Assembly (NCBI GenBank): GCA_964016885.1
Contig: OZ024755.1
Span: 16,368,001-16,432,000 of the forward strand
DNA: 64,000 bases
Origin: Eledone cirrhosa
Taxonomy: Eukaryota
Direction: 5' to 3'
The notes beneath the pieces were generated by a model, which saw only the letters and a program-made list of their open reading frames with translations, made no database searches and was not told the DNA's origin. Below, piece by piece: positions 47,760 to 62,693 of the stretch. A program made the translations under genes and the position numbers. Each line of letters begins with the position of its first letter. The stretch's first letter is position 1.

Positions 47760-48192
47760 AAGACATGGTTGGTTGGTTGTCAAATTGTTGTGAGGCAACT
47801 TCTTCACTATATTTCTTACCAAGACATAGTTGTTTAGTGGTTAAATTGTTGTGGGGCAGCTTCTTCACTATATTTCTTACCAAGACATAGTTGTTTAGTG
47901 GTTAAATTGTTGTGGGGCAGCTTCTTCACTATATTTCTTACCAAGACATAGTTGTTTATTTGTTAAATTGTTGTGAGGCAGCTTCTTCACTATATTTCTT
48001 ACCAAGACATAGTTGTTTAGTGGTTAAATTGTTGTGGGGCAGCTTCTTCACTATATTTCTTACCAAGACAGTTGTTTAGTGGTTAAATTGTTGTGGGGCA
48101 GCTTCTTCACTATATTTCTTACCAAGACAGTTGTTTAGTGGTTAAATTATTGTGAGGCAGCTTCTTCATTATATTTCTCACCAAGACATGGT
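47760..48192. repeat. ~61-bp minisatellite, ~7 copies
   Basis: accaagacatagttgtttagtggttaaattgttgtggggcagcttcttcactatatttctt. Confidence 0.95.
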
Positions 48193-49193
48193 TGTAAACT
48201 TGGTAATAAAAGCAAAGGAACCATGACAAAAAAAAAACCAAAAAACTAAAAAAGCCCCAAAGGAAAACGAAAAGCTGTGCATTTGTTCTTAGAATAGCAT
48301 GGAACAGAATAGATCTTTCTCCACGAAAGAGCAGCAAAGATCTATATTTGAAGGCTTCGTTGTGGCCCATAGCAACGTTCAGATCTTGTATTCTTGCATT
48401 AAGCATTTCTTCGAACCAATCTCCCCACAGTCTCTATCTCCTCATCGAAATACGAACCTGCAACCACCCATATTTTATATATCACAGCTGCAATAACATC
48501 ATCCAGCTATTTAGATAACTGAGACCAAGGAAGACATAGTAAGACTGCAGACATAAATTCTACTCCTCGGTTTAATAAAATGAATATAAAATTATCATAA
48601 CTCACCAGAGATGTTTTTGGACCAGCATTTTCTCTATAAGAAACAATGTAAAGCCATTTTGCTAACTGTGGATTAATAGAAGGAATTTTTTCCATTGAAA
48701 ATCTAGAGAAATTATTTATTAGCGTGGGTGGAGAGAAGTAGAGAAAGCAGGAGCACGAAGACGTACACAGAAAACCAGAAATTATTATAATATGGTGGAA
48801 TAGATAGAGAGTGCAGATTGAAATTCGTCGAGGAAAAAAAAACAACGTTTTATCAGTATTTTTAAAAATGGCTATTTTATTAGATAACGACGATAATGAT
48901 AACGATATAGATGGAATAGATGAGTGGTGGTCAGACGATAGATATAAAGCATAAGACAGTAGGAATAATAAGCATTGACAATGGTGATGAAAGAGATGAT
49001 TATGCAACAACGATTATAACGACGTCTACGATACAAGTAATACTTATTCTCATATCTCTCTCAATATATAAATACATTAATATATGTATATATTCATAAG
49101 TGAGTGTAGCCATTTGTAAGCTAGGGTCTGTACATTTTTTTCATGCTATGCGTGTACCTTTATTTACTTCCATATATATGTATGTGTGTGTAT

Positions 49194-49270
<77 letters not shown>

Positions 49271-49750
49271 ATCTTTATTATATAAATGGAAATGACTTCT
49301 ACAGGACTAGAACTGTTTCATTCACATGGTGTTAACCCCCGACAAAAAATCGGGAATCTATATACATACACATATATATATATATATATATTTTTTTTTC
49401 GTTGCATTACCATCTTTGTTTGTTTACTGTCTCGCTCGTTTCCCCTATTTACGTGTCCCAACGACTTTCTTTAGCCGTTGGTATATGATCTTTAAAGCGA
49501 TGAAATACCAATGAAGGCTGGAAGATCACTGATGAAGGACTAATTTTATTCATATGTAACCCATTTGCAACCACGCAGCACGCCATTTTTTCATTTCCAC
49601 CACCTGTTTTACCCCATTTTAATTTTATTTTATTTTGATCATGCTTTTATTTTTTATTTCATTCGCACCGTTTCCTCCCACCCCCTTTTCGCTATATGTC
49701 TCTCCACCACTCCCCTACACACCCTTTGAACTCTCGTCCCACACACTTTT

Positions 49751-49784
49751 CACCTGAAGAAGGGCTTATGCCCGAAACGTCGTT
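49751..49784 (+). ncRNA. Minimal Penelope-type hammerhead in the 3' segment 49495-49871
   Basis: cac-CTGAAGA-a-GGGC-ttat-GCCC-GAAAC-GTC-gt; AATAAA ~40 nt downstream, then (TA)n. Confidence 0.7.
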
Positions 49785-49870
49785 CCCAACCACCACCCCA
49801 CTCTCAAGAGCGTGAAATTAATAAACATTCGTTGTACTGCCTCTCTGTTTTGTTCCTGTTCAAATTTTCC

Positions 49871-49947
<77 letters not shown>

Positions 49948-50180
49948 ATAATCAACGAACTAGAGGAGGGACAGTAGTCGTGAATTTTACAGGCTCTCCC
50001 TGACCTAAGATTGATGCGGCTGATAGCCAAAGGTAACATATTGCAAGCCAATAATATCTGCAGAAGAAAAAATATGGGTGAGTGGTGAACAAGGAGCTCT
50101 GATCTGAATAGTTGCAAGATAATGAGCTCTGGTAAAGGTAGCCAACGAACAAATGGCAGGGCTGTTAAACGAGGCAGCCT

Positions 50181-50230
<50 letters not shown>

Positions 50231-50333
50231 CTAAAGTGCCATATATATATATAGACACACACACACATATATATATATATAACTTTATGAATAAACTAAT
50301 GATATATATATAGAGAGAGAGTGAGAGAGAGAA

Positions 50334-50441
<108 letters not shown>

Positions 50442-50674
50442 ATATATATATATATATATATAGCCAATCAATATAATTAAAAATGCTGTCCAAGAACAAA
50501 TTTTAAGGATTAATTAGAGAGATTTTTATTTTAATGGAATTTAATAAAAGTGACCTTTCACTAGATAAATTGTATAAGATCATGTACTAAGGGCTGGGCA
50601 CCACATTCGGAATTTTGACTAAAATCGCCATTCCACCCCTATACAAATATCTAAAGATGTATATTTGGAAGAAG

Positions 50675-50716
<42 letters not shown>

Positions 50717-50734
50717 TAATATTATATATTATAA

Positions 50735-50871
50735 TATAGGAATAATGTTTAACCCCGACGCCAGAGCTCTGCCGTCGGGGTTAAACATTTTCCTATTACC
50801 CACTACTACCCTAAGTATTGAGTACTCTGGTGCGTTATGGTCCATCTGGTTCCTTACCACACTTCTTTCAT

Positions 50872-50872
<1 letters not shown>
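50735..50872. mobile_element. Family B fold-back element
   Basis: Palindrome centred on gagctc (stem III loop) plus family tail. Confidence 0.65.
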
Positions 50873-50935
<63 letters not shown>

Positions 50936-51169
50936 TGCATACACAAGGTGAAAGAGAGAGGGGGCGGTTAAGAAGGTTGTGTTGTAAAAAGATATGCCAT
51001 ATGGCTACATACGACATATAATATATACTGGTGTTTATATATAGTGCAGAAAATGTGACAAAGATTTAAAAAATGGCGTAGAATGGTGTAGAGATAACCT
51101 TTCCTATATAGATGTAAATAGATGTGAAAATCGTATTAAATTAACATTTATCGTTGCAAACACACACAT

Positions 51170-51213
<44 letters not shown>

Positions 51214-51560
51214 TTGCACGTAGATTCTCACGAACACACACACACACACACGTGTGCAAACACACACAGGCAGACGACACATTCATAGATATACGAGCAG
51301 ACGACACTCTCATATACACATAAATAATGTTACACTCTAAGCATATCCGCACGACTTTTACAAGGAGAAAGGTCGTATGTAATGTATGTACAGATGTATG
51401 CATACATGTGTTTATGTGAATTCATGAATGTTTTGTATATCTATATATTTGTGTGTAAGTGTGTGTGTGTGTGTGTCTGTGTGTGGAGAGAAAGATTGAA
51501 AGAGGGATAAGATATATATATATATAGATATAGGTAGATAATAGACAAATAGATAAATAG

Positions 51561-51591
<31 letters not shown>

Positions 51592-51607
51592 GATAGATAA
51601 GTAGATG

Positions 51608-51659
<52 letters not shown>

Positions 51660-52152
51660 CTGTTGCAGTTGACACCTCTCATTCGCAATGTCTTTTTCAC
51701 ATTATGGCAAGGAAAAAAGAAATTGAAGAAATGTCAAACTAGGAATTAACAGATGGTCGTTCGAGAAACGTGGCATAAGCTAATCCAAAAGGCCCAGTTT
51801 TCGGCGATGTGATACTGCTAATAAGACTTCTTGTCCTTGTGTATGTATGTTGTTTAATTGATTGTATGAATCTATGTGTGTACGTATATATGTGCGTTTG
51901 TATGCGTGTGTCTTTGTATATGTAAGTAAGTATTTATGCACGCTTGCATGTATATATATGCATGTATGTGTGCATGTATAGCAACATTGCAAGACTGTAT
52001 CAGTGCCTGGTTTAGCGTATTTCAAAGTCTTTCTTTCACTAAATTCTATGAATGGAAGACATGGGGAATGAAGAGTTTGTATATATATATATATATATAT
52101 AATTTGTATTGATTATCAGTGTGTATATGGTATATATATATATACTGCTGAG

Positions 52153-52221
<69 letters not shown>

Positions 52222-52702
52222 GCATACACATACTGGCAATCAATACAAAGTAGTTAGCGATATATATATTTATATATATATAGATGTATTGGATTTATTG
52301 TCGGCACGTTGCCGAACACAGCCAGTCAATCAACAGATAGTATTAGTATTAGCAGTAGTAATAATAGCTGTTGTTGTTGCTGTTGTATAACCTCAGGAAA
52401 CAAAAAGAAAAAGAAACATGATTAGGTAGGCCTACTGTCAAAGACGATCCGGATGTGACCATCTCGTCTTATGATCACATACAACGTATCTAGGACCACG
52501 TTTTACAGCGGCTTCATTCCATTTTATAAGGCGGCATGTGTTTTGATGAAGATTTTGGCTGTTGTGTCTTGTCGCCAGAGCAGGCTTGAAGACGATTCTA
52601 CCTTTCGGTCATTCCAATATTAGTTGATATCATATATATATATATTCACACATAAATACATACATACATATATACATAAATTACCGATATCATATAAAAC
52701 AT

Positions 52703-52734
<32 letters not shown>

Positions 52735-52801
52735 CAGTTGGCTCACTCGACCTGTTATAAACAGCAGTCAAATCTCACTTTAATCGCATCCACGTCTCTT
52801 A

Positions 52802-52860
<59 letters not shown>

Positions 52861-53561
52861 AGCACATTAGACAATACAGTTCTTCATACATATATAATTA
52901 CGAATATGAATGCGCGATGGTCACGATTGGAATGACACCCCCAACCCCCTAACCCCCGCCCCACACCCGCGATATGTTATGACATCGGGAAGGACAACCA
53001 GAACAACAACAACAACAGCAACAACAGCAACAACAACAAAAACGGCGGCAACTATAACAGCAACAACGATGCAACAACATCAGCAAAGCACGACGGCAAA
53101 GCATTTTTTGGGGAATGGAAGAGAGAGAGAGCCTTTCGAAACGTGTAGTCCGCAATAGAGGCAACAATTCTTAGCGGCAACCAAGCAGTCGTTCATTCAT
53201 ATCGTACATACATAATGAATTTCTTTGACAAACGTGTGCAGTGTGTGTGAGAATAGTAGTAAAATCGTTACATACTTACATTAGATGCATTTGTGCTCAA
53301 ATTCTAGTATGTCTTGTCTCTCAGAGATTCGCGGTGTACATATGTGTGTGTTGTGCGTGTACGTACGCATATATATATATGTAGATGTGTGGCTGTGTGT
53401 AAGTGTGTGCGCGTGCGTAAGCGTGTGCGTGCGTAAGAGAGAGAGAGTGTGTGTGTGTGTGCGTGTGCGTGTGCGTGTGTGTGTGTCCCCGTGTCCGTGT
53501 GGGCTCAGTTAATTTCCGCTTCAGTTAATGCTTGACCGTTTCAACTGACATATAGACCCAC

Positions 53562-54975
<1,414 letters not shown>

Positions 54976-55299
54976 AACAGCACTGTTATGTATGCATATA
55001 TGTAATAACATGTCTAGTGAAATACTGTGCATCGATGATATAAGATGATATAAGATGATGATGATGATGATGACGAAAACGGAGAATGAGAAGAGGAATG
55101 AACAGAAGAAGAATATGAAGAATTAAGAGGAAGGTGGTGGTGGTGATGACGACGAGGAGGAGGTGGAGGAGGGTGTCAAGAAGAAGAGGAAGAAATAAAG
55201 AGCATGCTGACGTAAAAGCAAAAGTGCAAGCTGTTGAACAAATGAATGAATGAGAGAATGAATGAATGGAAGATGGCTGAAGGATAATGAATGTGACAC

Positions 55300-55547
55300 C
55301 ATAGAGATTGTAGAGACAGATGGGGGGGGTGGTATTGTTGGGAGAGAGATAGGGGTGAGGGGGTATTATTGGGAGAGAGAGGGGGTGGAGGAAGAGAGAT
55401 TGTAGAGAGAGAAGGCGGAGAGAGAGAAGAAGAGAGATTGTAGAGAGGGGGTGAGAGAGAAGAAGAGTGATTGTAGAGAGGGGGAGAGAGAGAGAGAAGA
55501 TATTGTAAAGAGGGGGAGAGAGAGAGAGAGAAGAGATTGTAGAGAGG

Positions 55548-55597
<50 letters not shown>

Positions 55598-55851
55598 ATT
55601 GTAGAGAGGGGGAGAGAGAGAAGAGATTGTAGAGAGGGGGAGAGAGAGAAGATATTGTAGAGAGGGGGAGAGAGAGAAGATATTGTAGAGAGGGGGAGAG
55701 AGAGAAGAGAGTTTGTAGAGAGATAGAGAGATAGAGAGGGGGGAGACTAGAGAGATAAGGAGGCTCTTGTAGGGAGAGAGAGGAAGAGAGAGCAGAAGAG
55801 AGATTATAGATAGAGAGAGAGGGGGTGAGGGTATTTCGTTGGAGAGAGAGG

Positions 55852-55899
<48 letters not shown>

Positions 55900-56460
55900 T
55901 AGGGGGTGAGGGGGGTCTTGTAGGGAGAGAGAGGAAAAGAGATTGTAGTGAGAAGATAGATAAGCGACGTGGTGAGGGTAGTGAGGGTGGAGGGAGGGAG
56001 AGAGGTGGTGAAAGGGTGCGAGTGTCATGTTGATAGAGAGGAGGAGAGAGGGAGAGAGAGAGAGAGCGGTAAGAGAAGGGATGAGAGTGTCTTGTTGATA
56101 GAGAGAGACTGAGTGTGAGAGAGAGCGGGAAAGAGAGAGACAGAGAAGCTAGAGAGAGACGGGGAGAGAGAGAGACAGAGAGAAAGAGACAGAGAGAAAG
56201 AGAGAAGTAGTGAGAGAGAAAGAGAGAAGTAGTGAGAGAGACAGAGACAGAAAGAGAGATAGCGTGTGATAGGTTAATGGGGGGGGGGAGCGGAGGAGAG
56301 AGTTTGAGAGAGCAGGGGAGAGAGTTTGGGAGAGCATGGGGAGAGAGTTTGAGAGAGCAGGGGAGAGATTTTGAGAGAGCAGGGGAGAGATTTTGAGAGA
56401 GCAGGGGAGAGAGTTTGAGAGAACAGGGGAGAGAGAAAGAAAGAGAGAGAGAGAGAGAGA
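55300..56460. repeat. Polypurine (GA-rich) low-complexity region with ~20-28 bp units
   Basis: gattgtagagagggggagagagagaa and tttgagagagcaggggagaga units. Confidence 0.9.
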
Positions 56461-56549
56461 CATCTAAAAAGATCATTGTACATGACAAATCACCGATGCA
56501 AATCAATTTATCCAAGTAGCAAAGGTGTGGTTGGTAGAGAGAGAGAAGC

Positions 56550-56583
<34 letters not shown>

Positions 56584-56815
56584 GCTCACTGTCAGGAAAA
56601 AAAAAAAAAAAAGCAAACAGAATATTTCGAAATTTAAAAAAAAAAAAATTTGAAAAATATTTTTTAAAATTAAAAATAAATTAATAAAATAAAAAATAAA
56701 TATAAGCAAGAAAAGAAGTCAAGCAAAAAAAGAGGGGGGTGGGGTGGAAATGAAAGACAGAGAGAGAGAGAGAACATGGAGAGGGAGAGAGAGAGGGAGG
56801 GGAGTGGTGGAGATG

Positions 56816-56857
<42 letters not shown>

Positions 56858-57222
56858 TAGATAGAAAGACAGCAGGGTGTTGCATGTAAAAAGAAAAATA
56901 AAGAAAAATAAAGAAAAAAAAAGAAAAGAAAGAAAAAAGAAAGGAAGAAAAAAAGAAAGGAAGGAAGAAGGAAAGAATGAAGGTAAGAAATTAAGGTATC
57001 AGTGAAAATGCACGTACCTTGGCAAGCGGTTAGTGAAATGAACGGGACCTATTAGATGGCTGAGAGGAGCATTGTAAAGAAATGTTGAATGAAGCTAAAT
57101 GTAAAAAGTAGTAATAGAGTAAGGAGGTAGTAGTCTATCTTAGCCATGGCCCACCTACACAGAAATATCCGCAGTTGCTATTGGTAACCGCTCACATTTT
57201 CGTACGTTCGTCAGTTACCTTT

Positions 57223-58482
57223 TCGTGAGATGATATTCCTGGTTGTCTGCCGGATTAGCTAGCTGGTTAGTTCGGTTGTCTGTCGGATTAGCTAACTGGT
57301 TAGTTCGGTTGTCTGTCGGATTAGCTAACTGGTTAGTTCGGTTGTCTGCCGGATTAGCTAACTGGTTAGTTCGGTTGTCTGTCGGATTAGCTAACTGGTT
57401 AGTTCGGTTGTCTACCGGATTAGCTAACTGGTTAGTTCGGTTGTCTGTCGGATTAGCTAACTGGTTAGTTCGGTTGTCTGTCGGATTAGCTAACTGGTTA
57501 GTTCGGTTGTCTGTCGGATTAGCTAACTGGTTAGTTCGGTTGTCTGCCGGATTAGCTAACTGGTTAGTTCGGTTGTCTGTCGGATTAGCTAACTGGTTAG
57601 TTCGGTTGTCTACCGGATTAGCTAACTGGTTAGTTCGGTTGTCTGTCGGATTAGCTAACTGGTTAGTTCGGTTGTCTGTCGGATTAGCTAGCTGGTTAGT
57701 TCGGTTGTCTGCCGGATTAGCTAACTGGTTAGTTCGGTTGTCTGTCGGATTAGCTAACTGGTTAGTTCGGTTGTCTGCCGGATTAGCTAACTGGTTAGTT
57801 CGGTTGTCTGTCGGATTAGCTAACTGGTTAGTTCGGTTGTCTACCGGATTAGCTAACTGGTTAGTTCGGTCGTCTGCCGGATTAGCTAGCTGGTTAGTTC
57901 GGTTGTCTGCCGGATTAGCTAACTGGTTAGTTCGGTTGTCTACCGGATTAGCTAACTGGTTAGTTCGGTCGTCTGTCGGATTAGCTAACTGGTTAGTTCG
58001 GTTGTCTGCCGGATTAGCTAACTGGTTAGTTCGGTTGTCTGTCGGATTAGCTAACTGGTTAGTTCGGTTGTCTGTCGGATTAGCTAACTGGTTAGTTCGG
58101 TTGTCTGCCGGATTAGCTAGCTGGTTAGTTCGGTCGTCTGCCGGATTAGCTAACTGGTTAGTTCGGTTGTCTGCCGGATTAGCTAACTGGTTAGTTCGGT
58201 TGTCTGTCGGATTAGCTAACTGGTTAGTTCGGTTGTCTGCCGGATTAGCTAACTGGTTAGTTCGGTTGTCTGCCGGATTAGCTAACTGGTTAGTTCGGTT
58301 GTCTGCCGGATTAGCTAACTGGTTAGTTCGGTTGTCTGCCGGATTAGCTAACTGGTTAGTCCGGTTCGTGAGATGATATTCCTGGTTGACTGCCGGATTA
58401 GCTAACTGGTCAGTTTGGTTCGGTTGCATTGATTTCATTTCGTTGACAGCAGGATTGGCTAGCTGGTTAGTTCGGTTGTCTG
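57223..58482. repeat. 33-bp minisatellite, ~34 highly homogeneous copies
   Basis: ggttgtctgYcggattagctaactggttagttc; bounded by direct repeat tcgtgagatgatattcctggttg. Confidence 0.97.
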
Positions 58483-58879
58483 AGTGCTGGATTTGCTAAA
58501 TGGTTGGCTTCAATGTCTTAGAGTTGACCGGAAGAGGGAGGATTTGATAGATATTCTTAGAAGCAATCACCTCCTCCCCTCGGTCAACTCTAGGGTCACC
58601 CGGCCTTTCAAATCAATTCTAGCCAAACCTTGTATCCATTCTTCAAAAGGTCTCTCACAGCAGTCTGCCACTACAACTATCCCCTGCCCCCTCCTCTCCC
58701 CTCCTTCTTCTACCCTCTCCAGTCACAACTAAGCTATTAGCAGAGAAGGATGGGCAGAGAAATGAACTCTCATGTGAAAATTAATTTTTCTTCTCCTTTT
58801 TATTTTTATTACTATCCCTATTTGTACAAATATGCAACTTAACAATATTCTGCATATCCGCAATTAACAATGCATATAA

Positions 58880-59412
58880 TGGTTTTTCTCACATCTCAGA
58901 TGTGAGAAAAACCACAGACCCTACATCTCAACTCTACTTTTGAAAAGCAGAAGAACAGCGAAACCGGTAAAGGAACCAAATAAATATATATATTTTTTAA
59001 AAAATAAGACTCCAGTTGCATTTTCGATTTCATCTTTTTTTCTTTATATATATATATATATTTATATTCAAATATTCATATATATATGTGAGAAAAACCA
59101 CAGACCCTCCATCTCAACTCTACTTTTGAAAAGCAGAACAGCGAAACCGGTAAAGGAACCAAATAAATATATATATTTTTTTTAAAATAAGACTCCAGTT
59201 GCATTTTCGATTTCATCTTTTTTTCTTTATATATATACATATTTATATTCAAATATTCATATATATATGTGAGAAAAACCACAGACCCATCATCTCAACT
59301 CTACTTTTGAAAAGCATAAGAACAGCGAAACCGGTAAAGGAACCAAATAAATATATATATTTTAAAAAAAATAAGACTCCAGTTGCATTTTCGATTTCAT
59401 CTTTTTTCTTTA
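58880..59412 (+). mobile_element. Three tandem ~181-186 bp units each with a minimal hammerhead (U3-A8 core); retrozyme or PLE pLTR-like
   Basis: Units start 58900, 59086, 59267; ctt-TTGAAAA-gc...gc-GAA-ACCGGT-A-aag; short fold-back at the left edge (58880-58914). Confidence 0.65.
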
Positions 59413-60204
59413 TACTTTCACTCGTGTAGGACACCTCGGTTATTTTTCATTTTGTAAAAAAAACCTCACTTTTTAATCTATATATATATAATTTCAGCGA
59501 GATCGTATTTCGGCGGGGGCCAAAAAGAAAACGAAACGCAATCCTCGAGATATGAGGCAAGCGCTCAATGGACTAAAAGAAGACCAGAGCAATTAACATA
59601 CGTTATAAAGGGCAGATAAAATGAAAACAGTGGTCGTGAGGCCATCAGTCACCGGAGCCAAAAACAAAACAAAAAAAAACGAAGCAAGATAAACAAACAG
59701 GTTAACAAAAGAATTTATATATATATATATATATATATATTCAAATACATACTCGAGGGTGTTAAAGTGCCAGCATTTTAAGTTCTTAGTATACATTCGT
59801 CTCATATCTAAAGAAATTAAACATTTGTTACCAATGTGATTTTTTTACGTAATCGTTTCGTTTCCTTACGTTTATTATTTGCTATTTCTTTTTCGTTTTT
59901 TTTTTCTTTTGATTATTTGTTTTGCTTTGTTTTTTTTTGTTTTTTTTTTAGTATTTTACGAACACGTTAATATCTTTCCTCTTTGATAGATTTACAGAAT
60001 TTAAAAGTCTTCCATCCACACTAGAAGACATGCAAAAATTCCTTCAATTTCCTGTTCCCTTCTGCTTAACAACGAAAGCCTAGTAACCACTTCCAAACCA
60101 CATGTTTGCCGTTTCTTGAGAAATATTTAAATTGTCACTGGACAATGATTGGGGAGGGCGATGGCGGGGGTGGGTGGGTAAAAGCTATATATATATATAT
60201 AATA

Positions 60205-60415
60205 ATAGTTTCTTATGTAGGCACAAGGCCAGCAATTTGGGGGGAGGGGAAAGTCAATTAAATCGCTCCAGTGCGTGACTGGTACTTTATTTTATCGACC
60301 CCGTAAGAATGAAAGGCTAAGTTAACCTCGGCGGGATTTAAACTCAGATAATAAAGGGCCGTAACTCTATGCTGCAAAGCATGGCGTCCGACCCTCTACC
60401 GATACTGCCAATCCA
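60205..60415 (-). mobile_element. Full-length Meta-like SINE
   Basis: Tail, core and head all present. Confidence 0.85.
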
Positions 60416-60806
60416 CGAGAGTAAGTATACTCATTTACATGGTGATTTTAGCAATGCAATGAGGGTCATGCAGAGCTGTTATACATTTATGGTTTATATA
60501 TAAAACCAAAATGCTTTAATTCTTTGGTTTTATAAGGCTCATGGATCTTATCCAACCATCTTGCTCGAGGTTTACCCCTGGGTCTCCTGTCGGTTGGTTT
60601 TGCTCGTAAATTCTGTCCAGCGATTCTTTCCTGAGACATTCTCACCATATGCCATAGTATCGGAGCTGTGACCTCTCAATTCGGATAAGTAGCGGCTCTA
60701 CCTGGAGTGACTCTTTCATCTCCGAGCTATGCGTTGCTCCAAAGACCCTTCGGGGGTTGTGAAGTATATTGGCTCATTGACTTTTACTTTACTTTCGGTA
60801 CTACAT

Positions 60807-60932
60807 TTCAGGGACTATGTTGAAAAATAAACCTCATTTGGTCATTCCATGAGAGTATCTTTGCCAGCCTCGGAACTTTTCAGGGACTTTGTTGAATAAT
60901 GAACCTCATTTGGTCATTCCATGAGAGTATCT
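60807..60932. repeat. Tandem duplication, ~73-bp period
   Basis: ttcagggact-tgttgaa-aat-aacctcatttggtcattccatgagagtatctt twice. Confidence 0.85.
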
Positions 60933-61236
60933 TAGTCAGCCTATGAACTTCTCAGCCGACCTCCGTGTGATAAATCATAAACACCGTGTTATATCTAATT
61001 TGCTCTGATGCTAAGTAACTGTGAGAGAAAGGAGGAAGATGAATATGTTGCCTGGGAAACAGTAGAGCGCCACCAATGATAGAGAATGGACTAATACCTC
61101 AAGAGAAAGCCACCTGATCTCCGGCTGGTTTATACTTCTTAAATGTAATAGATATTACGTGGATATTAACTTAGAAATAGGACAATGACTCAACACACAC
61201 AATCACACACGTGCGTGCGCGCGTGTGTGTGTATAT

Positions 61237-61358
61237 CTCCGGTTCAATCGGGGGTAACCATAGTAAGTAACGTACTCAATACATAGCAGAGTATAAATAA
61301 TTAATATAGAAATGGCTTCTACAGGACTAGAACTGTTTCATCCGAAGGAAATCATCAT
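61237..61358 (-). mobile_element. Family A terminal fragment with truncated hammerhead
   Basis: Minus: tgatga-tttccttcggat-GAAACAG..CTGTA-gaagcc plus tail gtattgagtac. Confidence 0.7.
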
Positions 61359-61407
61359 CTATATATATATATATAGTTCAGTAATTTTTGTTAGTTACTG
61401 GAGCTTT

Positions 61408-61441
<34 letters not shown>

Positions 61442-61481
61442 TGTATGTATGTATGTATGTATGTATGTATGTATGTATGTA

Positions 61482-61512
<31 letters not shown>

Positions 61513-62374
61513 ATGTGTGTATGTGTGTGTGTGTGTGTGTGTGTAAAAAGAGACGAGTGACTTCAATGATGGTTGGTATGCTTCAATAATCCGATGATAT
61601 ACAAGTCATTCAACGAGTTATTTTTGTGACTAATAACAGTGAAGTCATTCTTCACTGTTTTCAAATATATCTTATTGTACCAAGGATTTTTCTAATTTTC
61701 CACTAGACACACACATATATATACAAATGAGAAAACTCATCGCCAGAACAACCGTTAAAATAGCTAAATGCTGTCAAAGACAACGATGGGTAAAAATGCC
61801 TCAAAGGACAGAGATCAGCAGCCCGTGGTCAACAGAGAGACAATTCACAAGGTGGGTGACAAGCAGATGAAAGGAGAAGGAGGACAAGGAGCAGTGTTTT
61901 GGTGCACAGAAGTGACAGGAAGAGGAAAGAAATAAAGGCGATGGACAAGACAAGTTTACATATACACATCTTCACCATCATCAACTCTCAAACTAGCAAA
62001 ATGGTTTCGCACGATTAACTTATTTTAATATACTTCTGAATAAAAAAAAAAAACACTGATAAATTTATAATTTTAATGTCTGTAAACATACACAAGCTTA
62101 TACTTTACACTGGAAAATTAAAATTCCATGCTTGAATGCACCTTGCTTTGAATCCTCTATTATTATTATTCTTGATAACTTGCCTTATGAATTAAACAAT
62201 TTATTGTTATATATATTTCCTGAAGAGATACAGTTTGAACAAAGCACCTATAATGGAGTAAATAATTAGCTGGTAATATCCAGTTCTCTCCACAAATGGA
62301 TGGAATATTCTAGCCGCGTTGAAACGTCCGTAACGATGTATAAATAATAATAATAATAATAATAATAATGTTTA

Positions 62375-62650
62375 TACTTTTGGCACAAGGCCAGCAATTA
62401 CCCCAGTGCTTTATTTATCGGCCCCGTACGGATAAAAAGCAAAGCTTGCCTCGACGGGATTTGAACTCAGACCGTAAAGGGCCTTAACTCTATACTGCAA
62501 AGCATAGTGTCTGACGCTCTACCGATACTGCCAAACCACAATAATAATTGATTCTACTATAGGCACAAGTCCAACAATTGGAAGAGGAGGGGAAAGTCGA
62601 TTAAATCGACCCCAGTGCGTGACTGGTACTTTATTTTATCGACCCCCGTA
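62375..62650 (-). mobile_element. Two tandem Meta-like SINEs
   Basis: ggcacaaggccagc...gatttgaactcag...ctgccaaacc; second partial copy. Confidence 0.75.
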
Positions 62651-62658
62651 AATATATA

Positions 62659-62693
<35 letters not shown>

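Noticed and set aside
47760-48192. CRISPR-like appearance of the regular 61-bp array (and the 33-bp array at 57223)
   Set aside because: No unique spacers, no cas genes, eukaryotic context.
48606-48704. Candidate minus-strand exon with tctag acceptor and CTG/gtgagt donor
   Set aside because: Peptide not recognisable; such sites arise by chance; needs RNA data.
54986-56551. 521-aa S/L/P-rich ORF
   Set aside because: Translation of the CT-rich strand of a low-complexity polypurine tract.
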